Shown: piece by piece, positions 54,307-64,000 of the stretch
How the letters are laid out: each line of letters begins with the position of its first letter
Numbering within the stretch: position 1 is the stretch's first letter
Assembly (NCBI GenBank): GCA_951406725.2
Contig: OX597831.1
Location: 66,092,001-66,156,000 of the forward strand
DNA from: Octopus vulgaris
Lineage: Eukaryota
Length of the DNA: 64,000 nucleotides
Direction of reading: 5' to 3'
Translations under genes and position numbers: made by a program
Notes under the pieces: generated by a model
Told to the model about the DNA's origin: nothing
What the model saw: only the letters and a program-made list of their open reading frames with translations
Databases searched by the model: none

Positions 54307-54614
54307 GTAGAGGCACATGGCCTAGTGGTTAGAGCAGTGGACTCGTGGTCGAGTGATCGCGGGTTTGAATCTCAGACCGGGCGATGTGTGTGTTTATGAG
54401 CAAAAATACCTAAGCTCCATGCGGCTCCGGCAGAAGGTAATGGCAAAACTTCTGCTGACTCTTCCGCCACAACTTTCTCTCACTCTTTCCTCTTGCATCT
54501 TGCAGCTCACCTGTGATGGACTGGCGTCCCGTCCAGGTGGGGAACCTATACGCCAAGAAACCGGGAAACCGGCCCTTATGAGCCAGGCATGGCTCGAGAA
54601 GGAACAAACAAAAA
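54307..54614 (+). mobile_element. tRNA-derived SINE family A
   Basis: 14-bp TSD ATATACATAAAATT (54293-54306, 54615-54628). Confidence 0.92.
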
Positions 54615-55594
54615 ATATACATAAAATTCGCAAATGTTCTGTTTCACATGTCAAGATCATCTTTAATGCTACATAAATTATTTTCAAGTGAAATGTGCAT
54701 ACGATTTATGTGAAGGCATCATTTAAACAGATCGAGAGTTTGTTGTCCAGACAGGAATAATACATTCTAAATTGATTGTAAGAGACTATAAACATCTCTA
54801 CATAAACTGTTGTCAAACAAAGCACATGAATAAGCTGCTAAATATGCACTTACAGTTTCTTTTTCTGAAATTTTATACATTTGGTTAATAGTCTTGGAAA
54901 ATTCTTTCTAATCATTGAACAACATCAAAAAGGCACCTGTGGAAAGTCTCCTTCGTTAATCCTCATTTAGTTTCTTTTTTCTTTTTCCTTTTTGAACAGA
55001 AAAGGATATAAGTTACAGAAATTAAATGCTGAAGGAATCTGAATTATAAAATTACTTTATAGAAGCAAGACTAATACAGTAGACCCCACTTTATAAATCC
55101 ATCTTCAGACCACCTATTTTGGATTTATTAAACGAGGAATTTATTAACCGAGGGAACAAAATCTACCAATTGATTAAACATGTGGATCTATTAAAATACA
55201 TACATGTGTGAATATACAAATAAAATCATTTTAAACAATGTTGTTGGATGAAAAATTTGTTGAGTGTTGTTTGCTTTGCTGGACACTTTGTTCGCAAATC
55301 TGCATTGATCTTTTCTTCCATAAGAGTTCTAAAAAGATTCATGTCACTGAAATCAAAACTTTCAAGGCCACTTTCTTATTGAGTGAGATAGCATCTCATT
55401 TCAGCTGGTGTTGGAGGCTCTGGAACTCTTTCATGAACATCAATGTCAGAATTGCAATATTTCTTCTCCTTCAGTTTCCTTCTCAGATTGCCGAACATCA
55501 TGACTGATCTCATCAAGTTTTCTTCTTCAGTGATGGTCTCTGGAGCACACAACAGCACCATTATCTATGGACAACCAGTTCTCGAATTGCTTTT

Positions 55595-55708
55595 TGGTCA
55601 ATCCAGTAGGCAGGGAAGACAGGATCAAATTCTGGTCAATCCAGTAGGTAATGAAGACAGGATCAAATCTTGGTCAATCCAGTAGGCAGTGAAGACAGGA
55701 TCAAATCT
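55595..55708. repeat. 3 x 38-bp tandem repeat inside the Tigger transposase
   Basis: TGGTCAATCCAGTAGG...GAAGACAGGATCAAAT units start at 55595, 55633 and 55671. Confidence 0.9.
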
Positions 55709-56877
55709 CCATTAACATCTATGGCTTCATTTGGTCCAACAATGTTTGATTATCTTGCTAGAGACCTTCTTCCAAGCTATGTATGTGGTATCCAAAATGG
55801 TGATTTACTTTACAAAAATGTCACGTTCAGTGTCTTCCATAGCATCAACAATCTCAAGCATTTCATGTCTGAAGTAAACTTTCAAGATGTTGTTTATCCC
55901 CGTGTCACAGAGCTGCAGCACTGACATTGTATTGGGAGGAAGAAATTTCAAAGTGATATTCTTGAGATCATCAATGACTACATGAGAAGAACAATTGTCA
56001 AGTAGGACCACCACTTGTCTTCTAGATTCCTGCAAATGATGATCCCAAGATCTGAGCCATCTTCCATAGAGTTTTTCTGTCATCCAAGCATTGGTTGAAA
56101 AGTTGTACTGAATCAGAAGCATCTTGGTGAACCAGCCTTTCCAATTAAGAGCAAGTCTTCTTTGTCACCATTCATGTTACAGGCCACCATCAAGGTCACA
56201 TGGTCCTTTGCCATCTTAAAGCTCCTCACAGTTTTCTTGCAACTCTCATTGACATATGTATTCCCTGACATGCATGAAAGTAGATCCCAGTTTCATCAGC
56301 ATTGTAGATGTCCTGTGACTAATACGATTTCAACAGAAGCTGCATGGTTGTCTCATGAAATTGGTGGGTTCCATCGATATCAGCTTTAGCTGCCTCACCT
56401 GCAAAGTATGAAATGTTTAGTTTGTGTTCTCTAAAGAGAAAAATGTGAACTAGTGAACTACAGAGCTTACCTTTTAGAACCATAAAAGTGGTTCCATATA
56501 TTTTTGCCAATGGTAAAACCAGGCTTCAGATGCCTTAAAATCGTGCCTCAAAAAGGTGTTGGCTTTGTGCATTAGGATCAGACCATTGACGAGCATGTTT
56601 CTTGAGCAAATAAATTGAAACCAATTGTAGAGAGCACAGTTCATCTGTTGGGGCTTTCTCTTTGGTGAACAGCCATCATGTTCTTTGACACAATGGTCAT
56701 CTTCATTCTTTAACAAATTCTAGAGCAGAATTCTTGAAATTCCAAAACTCTGTACTGCTTTCCACTGAGTTGTTTTCCCAAGAGCTTTGTAACATTCTAA
56801 CAATTGAATCTTTTCTGCCACGGATTTGTCCTGCCTCTCTCTTTTCATTTTGAACATTTTGAACAACTTGCTTGTGT

Positions 56878-57050
56878 TAATACAATTCTATATTTAAGAG
56901 ATGATGAATTATGTACATTATTTACACTATTTACATTATTTATATTTGACGGATATCTGTCCTCATCTTGTTCGTTGTTAACACAACATTTCGGCTGATA
57001 TACCCTCCAGCCTTCATCAGGTGTCTTGGGAAATTTTGAACCTGGGTTCA
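56878..57050 (-). mobile_element. Short Penelope pLTR-like insertion carrying a hammerhead, inside the Tigger
   Basis: 7-bp direct repeat CTTGTGT at 56871-56877 and 57051-57057. Confidence 0.65.
56980..57025 (-). ncRNA. Minimal type I hammerhead ribozyme
   Basis: Minus strand: GACAC-CTGATGA-A-GGCTG-GAGGGTATAT-CAGCC-GAAAT-GTT^-GTGTT. 5-bp stems I and II; stem III derives from the palindrome AACGTT by one C>T change. Confidence 0.7.
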
Positions 57051-57692
57051 CTTGTGTGTGTGTGTCTGCCTCTCTGCACAAATAACAAATAACATGATTT
57101 TTTTATCTTTAAATACTGACAATGAATGAGAAGGGCATGTAATTTTGACAAGAGGTGTCCCCGGGGTCTACTTTTTCGTTTGAATGACAGGGTTGTGTGG
57201 TAGGCTCCAGCAGCCACCAACAGCAACTACATATCTATTCATCTATTTTTGGGCGATGGAGTGTACCATGTGATAGCTGGTTGGCTGTGGCTGCTGGAGC
57301 CTACCTGTCAATATTTAAGAGCAAAAATTAAAAACACTTCATTCCTTCACTGTCACTTTAGAAAGAGGCAGCAACAAATTGATTTATTAAGCGATGGTTT
57401 GGATTTATTAAATGAGAGATTTTATGTGTAGAATTTCCGTCCCAACCCATTTTTGGAAAAATTAAGCGAGTGGATTTATAAAGCAGGATCTACTGTACCA
57501 CATAGTACTGTTGAAGGGAAAAGTACAGCTCACATTTATCACACAATTAATTCACCATCATCATTTTAGCATCATATTTATCATGATAGTATTGATTAGA
57601 CAAATCTGCTGTCCTGTATATCACGACTGATCTTTGTCTTCTGTCATTTTGGCTCCAACATCCTGAAATCTGACCTTACAATTTCTTCCATG

Positions 57693-58297
57693 GGATCTTT
57701 TCGGTTTGAACAGCAGTTTTTTCTTGCGGTGTCATATGAAATTGTCACCCACGGGCATGGCTGTGTGGTTAGGGAGCTTGCTTCCTAGCTATATGGTTTC
57801 AGGTTCAGTCCCACTGCGTGGCACTTTGGGTAGGTGTCTTCTGCTATAGCCCCAAGCCGACCGAAGCTTTGTGATTGAATTTGGCAGGCGGAAGTTAGTG
57901 CCGTGTGTGTATATGTGCGTATAGGTGCTTGTGCCTCTCCGAAAGAGAGAGAGAGGGAGAGTATCGATCTATTGCATTTCAATCTGTTTTAGGGTTAGGG
58001 TTAGTTAGGGTTAGGGGTGGGGGGAAGGGTATCTTTTTTCCTTCACAAATGTAAATAAACCCAATCTGTTTCTTAAACGAGGGATATATTCATACGGCAC
58101 AGAATGTTTTTTACTTCAATAGACGTCAGTGATTGGTTGAAATTGCAGAAATTCAAGAAAAAAAACAAATAGAATTTTCTCAATAAAGCCAAGAGAAAAA
58201 GATGTTTTATAAACACATTCTACCAGTATACGAAGTTTGAAATTTTTTAGTTACCTAGAAATTATGTTAAAATCTGCCGTTCAAACCGAAAAGATCC
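57693..58297. mobile_element. Merlin-like TTAGGG MITE, copy 5, interrupted by a SINE B 5' fragment (~57753-57960)
   Basis: TSD CTTCCATG/CTTCCGTG; both TIRs present. Confidence 0.88.
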
Positions 58298-59085
58298 CTT
58301 CCGTGTCTTCCTCTTCTGCAGGTGGATTCCAGTCAGCAAATGTGCCATTGTCTTCCTCTTCCTATATATTGCCTGATATCTTCAATACTCAGCCTTTTTC
58401 AGCTTCCCTAGCTGAATGCAGCTTTTCTATATTCAATGCTCATGTATCACCTTCCTTAAATCTGTGTTAAACATCTGTCTTCTGTACGGAGAGACATTCT
58501 TTTGCCACTTGAAGTAACAATATGATTATCATTATTCAACTATACAGACTGCTTCTGTAAATTAGCAGCAATCCAAGTATACTGAATTTGTTATAACATC
58601 ATGTACAAGGCAATTTGTTAGGGTATGGAGAAATAAATAACTTGCATCTACTATAAGAAATTCTTTACTCCTTCTAGAAGTGGAATATCCATTGTGTTTT
58701 TCACATGGACATAGATATGCAGTTAAGAAGTTTGCTTTGTAATCATGTGTTCTGAGTTTAATCCCACGGCACAACACATTAAATAAATAAATGTCTTCTA
58801 TCAGAACCACAGATCAATAAATACTTTGTGACTGGAATTTGGTCGCTAGAAAGTGTGGGAAGATCCACAATTTAATTTATTAGTTTCACAACAAGATTAA
58901 AATTGTATGTTTATAAATATACACACATGCTTATACGTGTGTGTGTATGTGTTGTAAAAGTTTTAGACATCAGCAAGAAAACAGAAAAACCATAGCCTTG
59001 CAAACTAAGTCCCTTGAGATGTTTGTTCTGCATCAAGTTAGATACTTTTTTGTTACTGTTCCTAATGCCAACCACGGAGTGGTTC

Positions 59086-59226
59086 ATTAGGAAGGGCATC
59101 CAGCTGTAGAAACACTGCCAGATCAGACTGGAGCCTGGTGCAGCCTTCTGGCTTCTCAGATCCCGGTCGAACTGTCCAACCCATGCTAGCACGGAAAACG
59201 GACGTTAAACGATGATGATGATGATG
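59086..59226 (+). mobile_element. SINE family D fragment
   Basis: Family D core with (GAT)n tail. Confidence 0.85.
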
Positions 59227-60581
59227 TTGACATCAGAAATGACAGGACCAGAGATTTGCTCATTGAAAAATTGTGACACAAATTTTGGTATGAAATAAAT
59301 AAAATTTGTTAATTTTATTGAGCATGAGAAACAAACTATTACAACTGCATGAATTATGTTTTTACATGCAGATATTATTAGTTAACATACTTCTATAAAT
59401 ATATAAATATAAGCTTCTTCCAATAGATCCTAGCATTCACTTTTTCTGTATTAGACAAATACAAGCCTAAAATATACTACAATAAAAGATATTAAAAATA
59501 TGTCCCAGGAGGAGAAAGCACTCCATTTCTTTTAATCAATTGTTTTATATCCCTATTTACAACAAACTATCACATATTATACCCATATGCCTTTACATCT
59601 GGAGATCATATAATCCTACCTAGCCATCAGACCAAACAACATAAAATAATGTTATCATATACATCCCTCATAACAAGGTGATATCCTCGCAAAATAAAGA
59701 ACTAATACTTTAGGCATTACATACAATAGAGCTATGTTGCTCACACTTAAAAAAACAGAGCTGAGTATTTATATGTGAAAACATTCAGCTGCTGTAAGGG
59801 GAAAATGGATTCATAGATTCCACCAGGTTAGTTCTTAGGTCTTATGCTACAAACCACCACAAACTACAAATCATTTATAATAAAAGTTTTCCATTAATTC
59901 AATAAAACAACGTCTGTAGACCCGTAGTTGTCAGAATGCATAGTCACAGTCTGTTTCGATCACTTATTATCTGCAAGACCATAGCAAATACAGAGATTAT
60001 GTAACTCCAAACCTAAACATTGTTTACAATATTATTTTACTCTTTCCCCCCATCTAGTAAAGGCAAATACAAAATACACACTTACCAAAATAGTTATGTT
60101 ATTGACTTTCTATAACCAATCTCTTTATCAGACTGCACAATTCTTTCAATAAATTTGTACTGTTTTGTACTGATCAAATCATCTTTGACTAGTTCTGTTA
60201 CAAGCCTAACCCCAGATCTCCATATATATAAAACATAGTAACAAAATAGTACAAATAAAACTAAATAATTACACTAGACAACAGAAAAAGATCTTTGATA
60301 ATCTATGTTTTGACATGTGTAGGAGGAACATGTGCATGTGTCTATATGTGTGAATATGCTACAATAAATTGTTATGTGCATAGAGAGAAAAAAATCAAAG
60401 CAATGATGGACATGTCTATTCTTAATGCATTTCAACAGATTTAAACATGAATATGCTAATCACTGTTGTATTTTGTCTGTGGAGAATAACATCGCCTTCC
60501 AGACAATGTATGTTCATTCATGAGACATCTGATTCACTGTGGTGAGTGAACTTTGAGATGCCACAGTGTTTCAACAGTACT

Positions 60582-60981
60582 CGTGGTAAGTAGCTTGTTT
60601 ACCAACCACATGGTTCCGGGTTCAGTCCCACTGCATGGAACCTTGGGCAAGTGTCTTCTACTATAGCCTCGGGCCGACCAAAGCCTTGTGAGTGGATTTG
60701 GTAGACGGAAACTGAAAGAAGCCCGTCGTATATATGTATATATATATATGTATGTGTGCTTGTATGTTTGTGTGTCTGTGTTTGTCCCATACAACATTGC
60801 TTGACAACCGATGCTGGTGTGTTTATGTCCCCGTCACTTAGCAATTTGGCAAAAAGGGACTGATAGAATAAGTACTGGGCTTACAAAGAATAAGTCCCGG
60901 GGTCAATTTGCTCGATTAAAGGCGGTGCTCCAGCATGGCCACAGTCAAATGACTGAAACAAGTAAAAGAGTAAAAGAGAGT
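60582..60981 (+). mobile_element. SINE family B, slightly 5'-truncated
   Basis: Homologous to 40879-41296. Confidence 0.9.
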
Positions 60982-61135
60982 ATAACATCAGTTTTATGAT
61001 ATCAGCTCCAGTTATGGAGGTAGATCACACTCTTTTGAGGCCTGATGTATCCATTCGTGTTCTGAAATAAGAGACCACAGTTGCACCTTACATTTTGGTG
61101 CTCAAGAACTTAGCCCAATTTTGGAATATATTTGG

Positions 61136-61437
61136 TTGGTTGTTCCTTCTCGAGCCATGCCTGGCTCATAAGGTCCGGTTTCCCGGTTTCTTAGCGTATA
61201 GGTTCCCCACCTGGACGGGATGCCGGTCCATTGCAGGTGAGCTGCAAGATGCAGGAGGAAAGAGTGAGAGAAAGTTGTGGTGGAAGAGTCAGCAGAAGTT
61301 TCGCCATTACCTTCTGCTGGAGCCGCGTGGAGCTTAGGTGTTTCGCTCATAAACACACACATCGCCCGATCTGAGATTCAAACCTGCTATCCTCGACTGC
61401 GAGTCCGCTGCTCTAACCACTAGGCCATGTGTCTCGA
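61136..61437 (-). mobile_element. tRNA-derived SINE family A
   Basis: 20-bp TSD CAATTTTGGAATATATTTGG (61116-61135, 61438-61457). Confidence 0.92.
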
Positions 61438-62195
61438 CAATTTTGGAATATATTTGGGATGTTGAACCTAAAGCCACATCAATCTTACCCAAAAGACTCT
61501 ATTTGAAACAAAAATAACATTATTAACGCTATTAATATACTACATAATATTAAAATAACCACATATTACTAAATTAGTTTATTTCAATAGAACATTAAAA
61601 AAAAATATCCGTCAAATGTAAATAATGTAAATAAAAAAAACTTATAGTGGTATTAGAATCTATAGTAATTGAAACTGAAAAATATATGTATATAAAATAT
61701 ATGTATATAAAATATATGCATATAAAATATACAAAATGGTCATTTGTTCAATAATAACAAGTTAGTTTGATAGAATTTTCTAGAGTGAGATTTACCAAGA
61801 CAGTCCTGCTAAAAAGGTTCTAGCAATAATCTACCATCATGTGTGCATCATACCTTTCTCTGATTCCCCTCTTCCATTGTTTTACATTCTATTGAAGTCT
61901 TTCACTTTGTTCTTTGCATAAATCACAAAACCTTTCTGGAAAGCAATCTAAATGTGGAGAGAATGGATATTGATACTCATGTTACAGCCAAGATTGTTAA
62001 AATTGAAGAGCATGGTCTTCTGCTAATTCAGGATTGTTATCACCCCGAATTAATAGAAGTTGTCAAGAAGGTTTTTGATTACTAAATAGAGAGAAAAAAA
62101 AGACCACGTTAAACGTTTATGAATTCAGTCCAAGGAATTTATTTCAGAAGTCATCAAAACAGACACCTTCTTTGCTTAGTGTCTCTACTCTAAAC

Positions 62196-62740
62196 CAGTG
62201 GTTACCAAACTATGAGTCGCAACCCACAGATGGGTCATGAACGGAATCTTAGTGGGTCGCAAAAAGTTATAAAATTACGCCTTAGCTTTGATTAACTGCT
62301 GTCTTTCGAGATAGTTCAAGACTTATGTTTTCAATACCAGACTTGTTGTTTTATCAAGCAGTAGGCTTTTTCACGAACTTAACAAATCAGAGGTACCCAA
62401 TCATTTCTGCCGAAGCATTAAAAGTACTTCTCCCTTTCACGTCATCTTACATTTGTGAAGCTGGATTTTCAGCAAGGGTTGGGATTAAAAGCAAATATCG
62501 AAATAAACTGCAGCTCTCAAATTCTTTACACCTGAAACTATCACACATTGAACCTGATGTTAATTCTATTATTGAGCGTAGCAAGAAACAGGCTCATCCT
62601 TCTCACAGGCCTCACTGAAGATGTAGTCTGAAATAAATTTGTTAATTTCATTAATGTTTTTACTCAGTAGAGTTAAGTGGGTCGTCATAAACTTGTGTGA
62701 TAAATAGTGGGTTGCGACTCTAAAAAGTTTGGGAACCACT
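62196..62740 (+). mobile_element. Internally deleted hAT/Charlie element
   Basis: TIRs CAGTGGTTACCAAACT / AGTTTGGGAACCACT; ORF 62325-62618 encodes the hATC domain (LLPFTSSYICEAGFS..IKSKYRNKL...QAHPSH). Confidence 0.9.
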
Positions 62741-63009
62741 AAATCAGTTTATTTCAATACAAAAGTTTAAAGTCTAAACTTTAGTATTGAAATAGATTGA
62801 TTTAGTAGCAAGTGTTTGACTTAAAAGTATGTACTGTAACTAATACCATTAATATTGTTGTTACATTTGTATCAAAATATAAATCATTAATTAGTTGGAA
62901 CTAACAGGGCAAAACTGGGGCCATTTTTGGTATCAGCACTCAAAAATTTACTGAAAAGTAGGTCTAAATTATGGTGCAAATGATGTCCCTAATTGATATA
63001 TGTGGATAT

Positions 63010-63620
63010 GGCACGGCTTGGCTTTGCGAACGAAGATCAGGAAGGCTGTCCACGTCGCGTGCATGCACGCTCATGACTTACAAGTCCAATATCGGAAAGG
63101 CAGGTCTGTGAGCAGTGTCCACAGACGAAGGTAATATCCAGTGTGGTGTCAGAGGCGGCTCGCGCCTTCCTCCTGTGTCTCTTGTCTTTAAGTGTGTCTC
63201 TTCTTTGTTCCTCAAACGTGCTGACTGTGTTGAAGATCATGTGGCGCCAGACATCGCGGTCCGCAGCCAGGTCTGACCAGCATTGGTGGTTAATATGACA
63301 TGCTGTTTGAGACTTCTTGGAGGCAGTCTTTGTAGCGCTTCCTCGGAGCTCCTCTCTCTCGGTGGCCGGTGGAGAGTTTGCCAAACAGGGCAATCTTTGG
63401 AAGGCGATGGTTCTCCATTCTGGAGACATGCCCTGCCCATCGGAGGTGGTACTTCAGTAGCATGACTTCAATGCTGGGGATCTCGGCCCGCTCCAAGACC
63501 GCAATGTTTGTGACGAAGTCACTCCAGTGAATGTTGAGGATGGTGCGGAGACATTGCTGGTGGAAGCGCTTGAGGAGACGGATGTGACTGCGGTAAGTGA
63601 TCCAGGTCTCTGAGCCGTGG
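63010..63620 (-). mobile_element. RTE/BovB-like LINE 3' fragment
   Basis: LRWAGHVSRMENHRLPKIALFG..RGAPRKRYKD and C2H2 finger FVCGHCSQTCLSDIGLVSHERAC; frameshifted. Confidence 0.9.
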
Positions 63621-64000
63621 ATATATCAATATACAAAAGGGGTATGTTGTATCTCCAAGACTAGAACTGAAATAGCAAAATCAATGGTATATTTGGAATC
63701 AGTACCCAAAATACACCCTAAAATACATCTAACTTGTAATGCATTAAGATGTAAGGTGAAACTTAATTAGCAACATCAATATATAAAGAGTTGTGTTGTA
63801 TTTCCAAAAGTAGGGGTGAGACTATCACCCCTACTTTTCGAGATACAAAAGAATAAACTCAGAGGATTTCAATTACAATTTGTAATTATAAAGAGCTTTA
63901 TCCATTATATAATCAGAATGTTCCACTGTTGAATGTTTTGATTTATCAGACAGAGATGTTAGACTAGTGTGACGCAAGCTGCTGAAATAATTTGACATTT

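Larger units (their letters stand above)
55077..57495 (-). mobile_element. Full-length degenerate Tigger/pogo transposon
   Basis: TIRs CAGTAGACCCCACTTTATAAATCC / GGATTTATAAAGCAGGATCTACTG with TA TSDs; CENP-B-type HTH (ALYNWF..FKASEAWF) and DDE_1 (NAWMT..LLDNCSSH..FLPPNTMSVLQLCD) remnants; frameshifted. Confidence 0.92.

Noticed and set aside
54307-54385. tRNA genes at SINE heads
   Set aside because: Box A/B are present, but the sequences run on into SINE bodies with TSDs and no complete cloverleaf.
55238-56800. Domesticated TIGD/CENP-B-like host gene
   Set aside because: Multiple stops and frameshifts with TIRs and TA TSDs retained; it is a dead transposon.
60087-60133. Minus-strand exon with donor TTG|GTAAGT
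   Set aside because: Stops in all three frames between the nearest acceptor and the donor.

Overview
AT-rich, repeat-dense animal DNA. The SINE, LINE and microsatellite content looks like a coleoid cephalopod, probably Octopus (inference from repeat recall, not a database hit). The window reads as the large introns of one + strand gene. It has a short ATG-initiated exon (4528-4622, MENPNYSKVVLPRVLSTSALRVPKQRYSFWQR) and two similar 21-nt phase-2/phase-2 microexons (27288-27308, 53705-53725) that splice in frame; the host is tentatively a PDE4/dunce-like short isoform. Almost all supplied ORFs are microsatellite or transposon artefacts. The rest is tRNA-SINEs, RTE/CR1/R4-like LINE and Penelope remnants, Tigger, mariner, hAT, piggyBac-like and Merlin-like elements, a 20-bp minisatellite and very long (TA)n tracts. 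The main unexplained structures are: (i) a type I hammerhead ribozyme inside a ~353-bp terminally redundant, retrozyme-like unit, plus a second minimal hammerhead, both antisense to the host gene; (ii) the duplicated microexon pair; (iii) tandem piggyBac-MITE arrays with a constant linker; (iv) several long hairpins.
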